Assembly: GCA_047601445.1 (NCBI GenBank) | Contig: JASGJH010000001.1 | Span: 7,136,001-7,200,000, forward strand | DNA length: 64,000 nt | Origin: Myxococcales bacterium | Lineage (GTDB): Bacteria > Myxococcota_A > Polyangia > Polyangiales > DASUME01 | Direction: 5' to 3' | Shown: piece after piece, positions 17,433 through 26,637 of the stretch | Layout of the letters: every line of letters begins with the position of its first letter | Numbering within the stretch: the stretch's first letter is position 1 | The notes under the pieces: generated by a model | Told to the model about the DNA's origin: nothing | Databases searched by the model: none | What the model saw: the letters and a program-made list of their open reading frames with translations, nothing else | Made by a program: the position numbers and the translations under genes

Positions 17433-18752
17433 GTGGCTCCTTTTTCCGCTCGCGCGCCCGAGGGTGCGCTTCGACCCGTCGATTGCACGCGTTTGCTCGA
17501 GCGATACCGTGGCGTGCGCGCTGCGACCGAGCGCATTTGCGCCTCACTATCCCCCGAGGACCAGACGCTGCAGTCCATGCCCGATTGCAGCCCCACCAAG
17601 TGGCATCGTGCTCACACGACCTGGTTCTTCGAGACTTTCGTGCTTGCGCCGCGCGGGATTCCCGCTTTCTCCGAGCGCTGGGGCTTTCTCTTCAATAGCT
17701 ACTACGAGACCCTGGGGCCCCGGCACACGCGCGCCAAACGGGGACTCTTGTCGCGCCCGTCTGCCGACGAGATCGGCCAATATCGACGCGCCGTCGACGC
17801 GCACGTCTGTAGGCTTCTGCTCGAGCTTGACTCCGCGGAGGCAAGTCGCATCGCGCCCCTGATCGAGCTGGGTCTGAACCACGAGGAGCAGCATCAGGAG
17901 CTGATGCTCACCGACATCCTGAATGCCTTCGCGGAGCACCCGTTCCGACCCGCCTACCGTGAGCACGCCGCCGCGACCGCAGCCGTGCAGGGAGCGTCCG
18001 AACAGCGCTTCGTCCGCTACGGGGGTGGCCTGTGCGAACTCGGCGCCGCGCGGGACAAGACGTTCCGCTTCGACAACGAGGAGCCCCGTCATCGCGTCTG
18101 GCTGGAGCCCTTCGAGCTCGCAGAGCGATTGGTCACGGTGGGTGAGTGGAAGGCGTTCAAGGCCGAAGGCGGCTACGAGACGCCGTCGCTTTGGCTGTCG
18201 GAGGGCTTCGACTGGGTGCGAGCCCATGCCGTCGACGCCCCGTTGTACTTCGAGCGGACGCGCGATCAGGAATGGCAGACCTTCGGCTTCGAGGGGCCGC
18301 GCGCTCTCTCCGACGCCGATCCCCTGGTGCACGTGAGCTACTACGAGGCCGACGCCATCGCGCACTTCTTGGGGGCGCGGCTGCCCACGGAGGCGGAGTG
18401 GGAATTCGCGGCACAAGGTGTGGAGGTCGCCGGGAATTTCCTCGAGTCCGGGCTGTTGCGCGCGCTCCCGCCGGCGGCAAGTACCAGTGCCGAGCGGCCA
18501 CGCCAAATGTTCGGCGATGCCTGGGAGTGGACCTCCTCGAGCTACTCGCCCTATCCAGGGTACTCCCCGAGTGCGGGTGCGCTCGGCGAGTACAACGGGA
18601 AGTTCATGGTGAATCAGCAGGTGCTGCGGGGAGGTTCGAGCCTCACGCCGCGTGCGCACATGCGGGCCACCTATCGCAACTTTTGGCCGGCCCATACGCG
18701 CTTCCAAATGACGGGAGTACGTCTGGCCAGGTCGCTCTGCCCAAGCGTTTGA
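17433..18752 (+). CDS. egtB: Ergothioneine sulfoxide synthase EgtB
   Basis: QSMPDCSPTKWHRAHTTWFFE, NSYYE, HEEQHQEL iron motif, FGE-sulfatase-type C-terminus (RLPTEAEWE, GEYNGKFM); GTG start at 17433 is inferred. Confidence 0.95.
   Translation: MAPFSARAPEGALRPVDCTRLLERYRGVRAATERICASLSPEDQTLQSMPDCSPTKWHRAHTTWFFETFVLAPRGIPAFSERWGFLFNSYYETLGPRHTRAKRGLLSRPSADEIGQYRRAVDAHVCRLLLELDSAEASRIAPLIELGLNHEEQHQELMLTDILNAFAEHPFRPAYREHAAATAAVQGASEQRFVRYGGGLCELGAARDKTFRFDNEEPRHRVWLEPFELAERLVTVGEWKAFKAEGGYETPSLWLSEGFDWVRAHAVDAPLYFERTRDQEWQTFGFEGPRALSDADPLVHVSYYEADAIAHFLGARLPTEAEWEFAAQGVEVAGNFLESGLLRALPPAASTSAERPRQMFGDAWEWTSSSYSPYPGYSPSAGALGEYNGKFMVNQQVLRGGSSLTPRAHMRATYRNFWPAHTRFQMTGVRLARSLCPSV
17444..17475 (+). 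repeat. Dispersed ~31-bp palindromic repeat, copy A
   Basis: TTCCGCTCGCGCGCCCGAGGGTGCGCTTCGAC. Confidence 0.7.
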
Positions 18753-18784
18753 TCTCGTTCGCGCCGTTGTCCAGGAGGAGTCGG

Positions 18785-19747
18785 GTGTTCAACAACAATT
18801 TCAACGGAGCTCTCGCCACGGCCGTGCAGGAAGGCCTGTCGGGGCCGAGCAAGTCCTTGCCCGCCTTCATGCTCTACGACGAGCGCGGCTCGACCCTGTT
18901 CGAAGAGATCACGCGGCTACCCGAGTACTATCTCACGCGCGCCGAGCGCTCCATCTTCGTTCAACACGCGCGCGCCATCGCCGCGCGAGCCTGCGCACTG
19001 GTGACCCGGCCCCTGCAAGTCCTGGAACTCGGCGCGGGCACCGCCAAGAAGAGCCAGATCCTGCTGCACGCCATGGTGGAGGCCCAGGGGCAGACCATCT
19101 ACGTGCCGGCCGACGTGGCCCCCGATCCCCTGTTCGAAGCCTCGAGGCGCCTGCAACGCGACGAGCCCTTGCTCACGGTGCGCCCCCTGGTCACCACGCA
19201 CGAGGAGGTGCTCGACGTGGCGAGCGCCCTGTCAGAGCCCCTGTTCGTGTGGTTCTTGGGGAGCTCGATCGGGAACTACAGCGACGTCGAGGCCACGCGC
19301 CTGCTGTCGCACGTGCGCGCCGCGCTGGGTGAGCAGGGCGTGCTCCTCTTGGGGGCGGACATCAAGAAGAGCGCAGAGGTGTTGGTTCCGGCCTACGACG
19401 ACAAACGCGGCGTGACCGCTCAGTTCAACAAGAACGTGCTCCTGCGCATCAACCGCGAGCTCGGCGGTCACTTCGATCTCGACGCGTTTCGCCACGTGGC
19501 GCTGTGGAACGAGCGGGGGTCGCGGATGGAGATGCACCTCGAGAGCACGCGCAAGCAGGACGTGATGATCGATGCGTTAGGCCTGCAGGTCTCGTTCGAG
19601 GTGGGCGAGCGCATTCACACCGAGTCGAGCCACAAGTACGACCGTGAGCAGCTCGATGCGTTGTTCGGGCGGGCCGGCCTGAAGCGTGTCCACACCTTCC
19701 TCGACGCAGGGCAGCGCTTCGCCGTGCACCTGGCGCGCCCGAGCTAG
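18785..19747 (+). CDS. egtD: L-histidine N-alpha-trimethyltransferase EgtD
   Basis: AGGAGG before GTG 18785; LYDERGS.LFEEITRLPEYYLTRAE, ELGAG, GSSIGN, AYDD..GVTAQFN, IHTESSHKY. Confidence 0.95.
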   Translation: MFNNNFNGALATAVQEGLSGPSKSLPAFMLYDERGSTLFEEITRLPEYYLTRAERSIFVQHARAIAARACALVTRPLQVLELGAGTAKKSQILLHAMVEAQGQTIYVPADVAPDPLFEASRRLQRDEPLLTVRPLVTTHEEVLDVASALSEPLFVWFLGSSIGNYSDVEATRLLSHVRAALGEQGVLLLGADIKKSAEVLVPAYDDKRGVTAQFNKNVLLRINRELGGHFDLDAFRHVALWNERGSRMEMHLESTRKQDVMIDALGLQVSFEVGERIHTESSHKYDREQLDALFGRAGLKRVHTFLDAGQRFAVHLARPS

Positions 19748-19755
19748 CGCGCATC

Positions 19756-21342
19756 TCAGCCCGTGCTGGTGGCCAAGAAGGGCAGCATGTTGCTGGCGTC
19801 GTTGCGCAGGCGGTCGGGCCAGCTGAGGGTGCTCGAGTCCGGGTTCTGCACATTGTCGAGGTATTGCGTGCCGTAGCCGCGTAGCCCGTCACGCTCGTAT
19901 TCGCTCGGGGGAACGCCCATCGCCTGGAGGGCCGTGGCCAGCCACTGATTGTAGAGCAGGCCCGGCCGGGCCTCACCGTGGTAGGAGCCCCACTCGGGGT
20001 GCGCGATACTCGTGTTCTCGCGGTTGCGATAGTCCGCGTAGAGGCCGGTGCGCAGGGCTCCACTGGCCGAGCCTAGCGTGATGACCGGCAGCGACAGGCT
20101 GTTGTGGGTGTCGGGGCCGGACTCCATGGTCCAGGCCATCAAGGTATTGTCGAGGTAGGTGCTGCCCTCGTCTTCCTCCACGTCGAGGCGCTGCGCGAGA
20201 TCCAGAAAGCAACGGTCGAACACCGTGCGGTTGGCGTCCACCAAAGCAGCCTGGGGGCCCGGCAGCGCGTATTGATGGGCGATGTCCTGGTGCCAATCTC
20301 CGCTGTACTCCGCCCATGGCTCGTAGGCGTTGATCACCGCGATGCGCGAGGTCCCGCACATGAAGGCCACCGCGATGATCTCGTTGTAGAGCTGGTGGTA
20401 GCGGATGGTGTCGCTCAAGCTGGTGGCCACGGCGTGGTCGCTGGCCTCTTCGGTGGGCGGGACCACCACGTCGCTGCACTGGGAGACCGCGCTCGAGGCC
20501 ACGGTCAAGGTGCGCTGCAGCTCGCTCAGTCGCCCGATGTGCTCGTCGAGCCGGCGTTTGTCGCTCGCCGAGAGGCGTACACCCTCGCCCCAATTGCCGT
20601 TGCGCAGGCGATTGTAGCTCTCGAGCACACGGTCCACGACGGGGACGCGCTTCACCTCGTCGGAGCTGGCCCTGGGCGCGATGAACACGCTCTTGAAGAG
20701 GTTGAGCGAGCTCTCCGCGGTCGGGATAGCCACCACGTCGCCAGTCTTGTTCCTGGGATCCGAGTAGCTCCAGGAGACTTGTCCCGTCATGCCCACGTGG
20801 ATGGAACGAGTGCGGTTGGTGGAGAGGTCCGCGTAGAACGAGGGAGACCAGGCCATCACTTGGTCGATGGTGGGAATGTAGCCGCCTTGCTTGGCGCGCT
20901 CGGCGGTGTTGCTCACGGTGTTGTCGTTGCGAGCGAAGTTCCCCAGATGGGCGCCCGTTTGGTGGCTGACCTCGAAGGGGATATCGAAGCCGAGCAGCAC
21001 GTTCATCTTCTTGGTCAGGCCGTCGGTGAGGAGGGCCGAGGAGGCCGTGAGCACCGGCGAGAGCGAGGAGCTGCCGTCTTGGCTCGCCAGCTTGAGGTCG
21101 CCTCGTCGAATCAGGTGGTCGCTGTAGAGGTTCTGGGTTTCGGTGAGCACTGCGTCGCTCGGATAGAGACTGTCGTAGTGGAGGCCGCCGTGGGGCGTGA
21201 CGAGGGAGACGAAGCGGGGCTTGCGAGGGGTGGCCTGGGCCTTGGTGCCACGAGGCTCGAGTGAACTCAGAAATGGTATCGCCAGTGCGAACCCGCCGGT
21301 CCCGATCAGAAATTGACGACGACCTCGCATGAACACAGTCAT
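19756..21342 (-). CDS. DUF1552-family protein with Tat-like leader
   Basis: RRQFLIGTGGFALAIPFLSSL; TIDQVMA; DKRRLDEH..RLSELQR; YLDNTL; LPVITLGSASG.LRTG. Confidence 0.85.
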   Translation of the reverse strand: MTVFMRGRRQFLIGTGGFALAIPFLSSLEPRGTKAQATPRKPRFVSLVTPHGGLHYDSLYPSDAVLTETQNLYSDHLIRRGDLKLASQDGSSSLSPVLTASSALLTDGLTKKMNVLLGFDIPFEVSHQTGAHLGNFARNDNTVSNTAERAKQGGYIPTIDQVMAWSPSFYADLSTNRTRSIHVGMTGQVSWSYSDPRNKTGDVVAIPTAESSLNLFKSVFIAPRASSDEVKRVPVVDRVLESYNRLRNGNWGEGVRLSASDKRRLDEHIGRLSELQRTLTVASSAVSQCSDVVVPPTEEASDHAVATSLSDTIRYHQLYNEIIAVAFMCGTSRIAVINAYEPWAEYSGDWHQDIAHQYALPGPQAALVDANRTVFDRCFLDLAQRLDVEEDEGSTYLDNTLMAWTMESGPDTHNSLSLPVITLGSASGALRTGLYADYRNRENTSIAHPEWGSYHGEARPGLLYNQWLATALQAMGVPPSEYERDGLRGYGTQYLDNVQNPDSSTLSWPDRLRNDASNMLPFLATSTG

Positions 21343-21493
21343 GGAATCTCCCGGCTTGGGAACGTCCCGGTGGTGACGGCGTGCTGACGGCGCGTTCGCA
21401 TGGGAGTGCGCGCTGCCGTCCGTCATTTTTACCACGAGCCAAATGCGGCGGTTTAGTGCCGGTCTACCTGCCGCTCGCGCGGGCTCTCTTGCG

Positions 21494-21910
21494 TCATCGC
21501 TCTGGTACGTCGCAGCGAATCCACTCGAGGATGGTCTCGCGCTCACTGGTGGGCATCTCGATCCCGGCGTCGGGCGGCGGCATGGTGCACTTGGACATCT
21601 GCTCGCGTAGCAGATCGTACCAATCGGCCACGTGCGAGTAGTCCACCAGCGGCCACTGCTCGCCGCGACCGTCGTGACAGGAGCCACAGCGCCGCGCGAT
21701 GATTTGCTTCACGTCGCGGTCGTAGGTTGGCGCAGGGCTCGGGCAGCTCGTGGGTAGCACGACATCGCAGACCAGCGGCAGCTCGTTCCCGCCGCCGTCG
21801 GGTGCGTCAGGTTGTCGCGGACCGCCCGAGTCGCTGCAAGCGGCGAAGCCCGAGAGGGAGGCGATCAACAGTCGAGAGAGCGCACGAATAGGCCAAGAAC
21901 GAAAGCGCAT
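21494..21910 (-). CDS. Small c-type cytochrome lipoprotein
   Basis: Lipobox FAAC; PTYDRDVKQIIARRCGSCH; MPP distal-ligand candidate; ER..ILEWI. Confidence 0.8.
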   Translation of the reverse strand: MRFRSWPIRALSRLLIASLSGFAACSDSGGPRQPDAPDGGGNELPLVCDVVLPTSCPSPAPTYDRDVKQIIARRCGSCHDGRGEQWPLVDYSHVADWYDLLREQMSKCTMPPPDAGIEMPTSERETILEWIRCDVPER

Positions 21911-21961
21911 GGGCCCGAATCTACTCCGTGATCCAGGTCGACGTAAATTGACGCTCCCCCT

Positions 21962-22023
21962 GCGACAATTGGTCGCGCGTCCCGCGGCCATAGCGGGGCC
22001 CGATTGCCGCGACAAATGACCGC
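21962..22023. promoter_or_regulatory. Two RegA/PrrA/RegR-like boxes in a divergent promoter
   Basis: GCGAC-AATTG-GTCGC (21962-21976) and GCGAC-AAATG-ACCGC (22009-22023). Confidence 0.6.
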
Positions 22024-22080
22024 ATTTGAAATCGCCTTCGATGTGCTTGTCTCTGCGCAGCTGATTCAAGGAGTGTTGGC

Positions 22081-22770
22081 ATGTCTCTTCGACTTTCTTC
22101 GGTCATGGCGGGTGCGGCGGTGTTGTTGAGCAGCGCGGGGGCATACGCGCATATCTCCATCCCCGGGCCGGCCTATGCTGGCACCTCCCAGGTGCTCACC
22201 TTCAACGTCGGGCACGGTTGTGAGGGCTCCGACACGGTGAAGGTCGAGATCCAGATTCCGCCCGAAGTCACCACCGTACGTGGCCTGCCCAGCTTCTTCG
22301 GCTTCGCCGACGTCAAGACCAACGAGGCCGGCGTGGTGACCTCGGTGGTCTTCACCAAGGACCTGATCCGCAACCAGGACGACCAGTTCTACGAGCTGAA
22401 GATCCGCATCAAGGTGCCCGAGACGCCCTTCGAGACGCTCTACTTTCCCACCATCCAGTACTGCCGCGCGGCCGACGGCAGCGAGCCCGCGCCTGCCCGC
22501 TGGACGCTGACTCCGGCCAACCCCACCGAAGAGGGCGCGGAAGAGTCGCCCCACGCGGTGATCTTGCCAGTGCGCAAGCCCGGCTGGACCAAGCTTACGG
22601 TGGCCAAGGAGATCACCGATCTCACCATCTTCGACGACGCGCTGATCGTCTGGGCCGGCAACAGCGCCTACAGCTCCAACGACACCACCAAGGCACAGAT
22701 CGCCATGGAGGCCGGAGTTACGCCGCTCACCAAGATCGACGCCAACACCGAGATCTGGATCAAGTACTGA
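22081..22770 (+). CDS. YcnI/DUF1775 family copper-binding protein
   Basis: GGAG RBS; signal ending AYA with His as first mature residue (HISI); VGHGCEG, LYFPTIQYC, P.AVIL. Confidence 0.85.
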   Translation: MSLRLSSVMAGAAVLLSSAGAYAHISIPGPAYAGTSQVLTFNVGHGCEGSDTVKVEIQIPPEVTTVRGLPSFFGFADVKTNEAGVVTSVVFTKDLIRNQDDQFYELKIRIKVPETPFETLYFPTIQYCRAADGSEPAPARWTLTPANPTEEGAEESPHAVILPVRKPGWTKLTVAKEITDLTIFDDALIVWAGNSAYSSNDTTKAQIAMEAGVTPLTKIDANTEIWIKY

Positions 22771-22780
22771 GTCGCAGCGT

Positions 22781-22811
22781 GTCGGAGCGCGCCCTCGGGC
22801 GCGCGAGCGGA
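22781..22811 (-). repeat. Dispersed ~31-bp palindromic repeat, copy B
   Basis: Reverse complement TCCGCTCGCGCGCCCGAGGGCGCGCTCCGAC; 29/31 identical to copy A. Confidence 0.7.
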
Positions 22812-22826
22812 GAGAGGAGTCGATCC

Positions 22827-23060
22827 ATGTCCCACCAATCTCGCGAGCGCTTGGCCGCTCGATGGCTTTCGCGTCTTTTCTTGTGCGGCGTGTTGTGCAG
22901 CGTCGCGGCCTGCGGTGACGAGAAGGACAAACACCACGATGTCGTGGATGCCGGGCCCGATGCCGGTGGCGATGCTGGCGTGCAGAAGTCCGCGTTGCCA
23001 CGCCCAGCGCTGGAGCGTCCGCCGAGCAGTTTGCCTGCCGATCTGCGTCCGCCGCGCTGA
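22827..23060 (+). CDS. Small lipoprotein with HHD and a Pro-rich C-terminus
   Basis: GAGGAG RBS; lipobox VAAC; DKHHD, DAG linker, LPRPALERPPSSLPADLRPPR. Confidence 0.75.
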   Translation: MSHQSRERLAARWLSRLFLCGVLCSVAACGDEKDKHHDVVDAGPDAGGDAGVQKSALPRPALERPPSSLPADLRPPR

Positions 23061-23320
23061 GCTCACGCGGCGTCGTTGGCGGCCAGCGCGCAGCGCCGTC
23101 GGCGGTGCTCGTCCTCGGCGCCACATGCGTTGCCGCGACTGACTTGACGTGAGTGTCGCGCTTCTACATGTTCGATACGAGTTTCCATCTCCCCGGAGCT
23201 CGTGCGTCGTGACGGTCAAGAACGCATCGGGCTTGGCCAATGCGAGCCTGCGCGCGATTGCCCAGCATCCGAGCTGCTTGCTGCCGCGCGTGCGAGCGCG
23301 CGAGAAGGGATGCTCGGGAG

Positions 23321-24718
23321 ATGGGACACGTTCGATGGCAAAATGCGCTGACGCGCGCGACGCGCGGGCTCGTTCCGTTCGCGCTGGGGATGACGCTGGC
23401 GTGCAGTGATGCGCCGGCCGTGAACCACACCCATGATCGACAACCTGTCGACGAGGGCGACGGCGACGACGAGGGGGATGGAGATCAGGGCGACGGCGAC
23501 GTCTCTGCGCCCGACGACGACGGCCCTTCGCCATCACTCGATGCGGGCAATGAAGATGGAGATGGCCCCGCGGACGCGACGATTCCAGCCGACGCAGCGA
23601 TACCGGGTCCCAAGACGCTGCAGGGATGCGAGGGCGAGAGCTTGTACGAAGTCCCGGCTGATACGACCGTCACGGGTCCGTGGCCCGTGGGCGTGAAGAC
23701 CGTGAAGTTGCCGCTGAGCCAGGCACCCAATCAACTCACGGTGGAGATTTGGTATCCCGCCCAGCGTGGCAGTGAGGGCAACAAGCCGCGCAAGCAGTAC
23801 GACATGCGCGAATTCCTCAAGGCGAGTCAGCGCGCCAAGGTGCCGGACGCCGATGCCACCTCGGACGTGTTGCTCTGCCGTTGCAGCGAGGGGCTGCCGC
23901 TCGACGATGCGCACGGGCCCTATCCCGTGGTGTTCTACATCCACGGCACGGCCGCCATGCGCATCGCATCGCTTTCGCAGATGACCCACTGGGCAAGCCG
24001 CGGCTTCGTGGTGGTGGCGGCCGATCATCCAGGCATGTACCTCGCCGACATGCTCTACGCTGCGCCGCTCGTGAACCCGCAGTGCTGGCAAGACAGCCGC
24101 GATCCGCAGGACGTTCCGCGCGATATCGATCTGATGCTGAAGGCGCTGAAGGAGGTCCAGGGCGAGCTCGCGTTCTTGTCCGGGCACATCGATCTCGAGC
24201 GCGTGGGCATGACGGGACACAGCCAGGGCGCTGGCATCGCGGCCGACATGGGCGTCAAACCGGGTGTGCGTATCTCGATTCCGCTGGCCGGCCGCAAGCC
24301 GGTGGTGAAGGGACCTGACCTGGCGTCAGTGTTGTATTTCGGAGGCGAGATCGATTCGTTGGTCACCGCGGACGCGCAGCGCCAGGGCTACCAGGACTCG
24401 CCGTCACCCAAGCGCCAGGTGTTGGTGGCCAATGCGGAGCACCTGTTCGTGACGGACCTGTGCGGGGGCAAGAACAAGGACGGGCTCGACGCCATGCAGG
24501 TGGCCGAAAAGTACGGCGTGTGCGGCATCGGCGCGGCAGGCCTGCTCTGGAAGTGCAGCCCCGACTACATCCCGCAGGCCAAGGGCACCGAGATCACCAA
24601 CTACACGACCACGGCCGCGCTCGAGGAGACGCTGCATTGCTGGGATCGCAAGGATGCGTTCAAGAAGCTCGAGGGGCGCTACAGCGAGGTCAGCGAGTTC
24701 AACGAGGACCTCGAGTGA
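23321..24718 (+). CDS. Alpha/beta hydrolase lipoprotein (PAF-AH/chlorophyllase-like)
   Basis: Lipobox TLAC; GDGD linker; GPWPVG, VEIWYPA, HWASRGFVVVAADH, GHSQG, AEHLFV. Confidence 0.88.
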   Translation: MGHVRWQNALTRATRGLVPFALGMTLACSDAPAVNHTHDRQPVDEGDGDDEGDGDQGDGDVSAPDDDGPSPSLDAGNEDGDGPADATIPADAAIPGPKTLQGCEGESLYEVPADTTVTGPWPVGVKTVKLPLSQAPNQLTVEIWYPAQRGSEGNKPRKQYDMREFLKASQRAKVPDADATSDVLLCRCSEGLPLDDAHGPYPVVFYIHGTAAMRIASLSQMTHWASRGFVVVAADHPGMYLADMLYAAPLVNPQCWQDSRDPQDVPRDIDLMLKALKEVQGELAFLSGHIDLERVGMTGHSQGAGIAADMGVKPGVRISIPLAGRKPVVKGPDLASVLYFGGEIDSLVTADAQRQGYQDSPSPKRQVLVANAEHLFVTDLCGGKNKDGLDAMQVAEKYGVCGIGAAGLLWKCSPDYIPQAKGTEITNYTTTAALEETLHCWDRKDAFKKLEGRYSEVSEFNEDLE

Positions 24719-24732
24719 TGGCCCGAGCCTGA

Positions 24733-25737
24733 TCACTCGAAGACGTAGGTGATGGTCTTGGGCCGACCGTCCCGCATGACCGAGAGCGAGACCGTCTTCT
24801 GCTCGCGCAACAGCGCATAGGCTCCGAGCATGCCATCGGGCGTGGAGAGGTTGACGCCGTTCAGAGTGCGCAGCACGTCGCCATCTCGCATGCCCAGCTT
24901 GTGCAGCGTGGACGTGGCAGCGACGCCCGCCAACTTGACCCCGGCATTGCGCTCACCACCGCCTCCGACCTGCGGTTGGAACTTGGTACCGCGCACCACG
25001 CCGGCGGCGTCCGCCATGCCGCGCGTGATGATGTCGCGGGTGACGCGGTAGCGGTCGGGGCCGAGCTCGGTGATGCCCGCAGCCAGCTCGGCTTCGTTGA
25101 ACAGGGGCGCCTTCTTGCTCCGTTTGGCAGGTTCGGCTGCTGGCGCCGGCGTGGCGACGGCCACGGCCGGAGGTGGCGTAGTGGTGAGGTAGAGCGGCAG
25201 GCGGCAGGCCGCCGCGCCCGCATCGCGCACATAGGCGTGGGTGGGGGCGAGCAACAGCAGCTTCACGCCGTCTACGTCGGTGCCCATTAGGACTTGCTTG
25301 GCGGGGGTGGCGCCCTTGCGGATCACGGCGAAGGAGCGTGCGGGATCCTCGTGCATGATGATGGCCATCAGGCGCAGGTCGTTCTTGCAGTCGGTGAGCG
25401 GCGTTTGCACCGGCTCGCTCGAGCCCTGTTCCTCGCCCTCATCGACCGCCGGATCCATCTCCAGGGGGCGGTCGAGCCAGGGCACGCTGCCGACCGTGGA
25501 GTCGAAGATGTTGCGGCTCAGGACGGAGCGGCTGATCTCCTCCGTGCTCAGGCGCGGCGCGGACGTTGCGACGGACGCCTGCTTGCTCTTCTTGGGGGCC
25601 GCATCGTCCGGCTGAAGCGGAGTGGCGTCGAGATAAGCCAGGCCCTGGGTCACGAAGACGCCGGATACCAGCACTGAGCCCACCGAAGACAACAGTGGGA
25701 CCGGCTTGACCTTGGCGAGCTTAGTGGGCCACTTCAT
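24733..25737 (-). CDS. Type II secretion GspC-like protein with PDZ domain
   Basis: N-terminal TM, RNIFDS, HR-like domain, LGMRDGDVLRTLNG...VMRDG. Confidence 0.8.
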   Translation of the reverse strand: MKWPTKLAKVKPVPLLSSVGSVLVSGVFVTQGLAYLDATPLQPDDAAPKKSKQASVATSAPRLSTEEISRSVLSRNIFDSTVGSVPWLDRPLEMDPAVDEGEEQGSSEPVQTPLTDCKNDLRLMAIIMHEDPARSFAVIRKGATPAKQVLMGTDVDGVKLLLLAPTHAYVRDAGAAACRLPLYLTTTPPPAVAVATPAPAAEPAKRSKKAPLFNEAELAAGITELGPDRYRVTRDIITRGMADAAGVVRGTKFQPQVGGGGERNAGVKLAGVAATSTLHKLGMRDGDVLRTLNGVNLSTPDGMLGAYALLREQKTVSLSVMRDGRPKTITYVFE

Positions 25738-25799
25738 CGACCGACCTCGACTCTAGCAGCCCGGTACGACAGCGCACTCGAGGCATCTTTCGCGCGCGA

Positions 25800-26609
25800 T
25801 CATGTACACGACCACACTGTGATCCCTGCGACCAAGGCGGCGATCGACGTGGCCGCCAGGTTCACTACGTCGTTGTTGAACCAGCGGAAACCGCGCACAT
25901 GGCGCGTGGGGCGCCCGCAACGATGGGTCGAGCCCTCGGCATCGCGGGCGCAGGTATCGCAGTGAAAGCCACTCTGCAGGCTCGCTCCCAGCACGCTGTC
26001 GACCAGGGACCCCAGCACGCCGCCCAGGCTGCCCAGGCCCACCAACCAAGCGACCGAGACGCCGAAGGCCTGTGCGTTCAGCGCGGCCACACCGCCGATC
26101 ACGGCGCCTCCCAAGAAGGTGGCGAGCAGGCCCAACGGTGAGACAGCGCCCGAGGTGCCCCGCGGGACGCGCCGCAGCTGCAGCAGCGAGATGGGTTCGG
26201 CGCGGGACAACACGCCGAGCTCGGTGGCCCAGGTGTCTCCGTTGGCGGTCGCCAGTGCCGCCACGAAGCCCGCCGCAAAAGCGGGGTGAGGTTGGAGCGC
26301 CATGCCCAGCGCGCACAGGGCCGCAGCACCGCCGTTGGAGAGCGCCTGCAGCGCGTCGCGGGTATCGCCTTTCTCGAACTCGAGCTTGATGGTGGCCTTG
26401 CGGGCTTTGCCGACCTTGGCGAGCAAGGTCGAGGTCACGAAGAAGGTCACGAGGGCCGAGAACCAGCCGCCCCCGCCGCCCACGTAGATGCTGGTACCGA
26501 TGCCGAGCGCCGCGACGGCGCCGCTCTTCGAGAGCGACCCACGGCGCAGGGCAAACCCCCCGATGAGTGCGCTGCAACAGAGCCCGAGCGCGAGTCGAGT
26601 CAGCAGCAT
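25800..26609 (-). CDS. DUF92/TMEM19 family membrane protein
   Basis: EKGDTRDALQALSNGG, ANGDTWATELG, GTSGAVS..G, DSVLGASLQ, NNDVVN. Confidence 0.92.
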   Translation of the reverse strand: MLLTRLALGLCCSALIGGFALRRGSLSKSGAVAALGIGTSIYVGGGGGWFSALVTFFVTSTLLAKVGKARKATIKLEFEKGDTRDALQALSNGGAAALCALGMALQPHPAFAAGFVAALATANGDTWATELGVLSRAEPISLLQLRRVPRGTSGAVSPLGLLATFLGGAVIGGVAALNAQAFGVSVAWLVGLGSLGGVLGSLVDSVLGASLQSGFHCDTCARDAEGSTHRCGRPTRHVRGFRWFNNDVVNLAATSIAALVAGITVWSCT

Positions 26610-26637
26610 GACCGGCGCCTCGTGATCGACGAGAGGG

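Noticed and set aside
17433..18752. Selenoneine (SenA) or ovothiol (OvoA) synthase
   Set aside because: No senB or senC neighbours and no C-terminal methyltransferase; the adjacent egtD supports ergothioneine
18146..18784. Extended EgtD ORF suggesting an egtB-egtD fusion or frameshift
   Set aside because: egtB ends normally at 18752, and egtD has its own AGGAGG plus GTG at 18785
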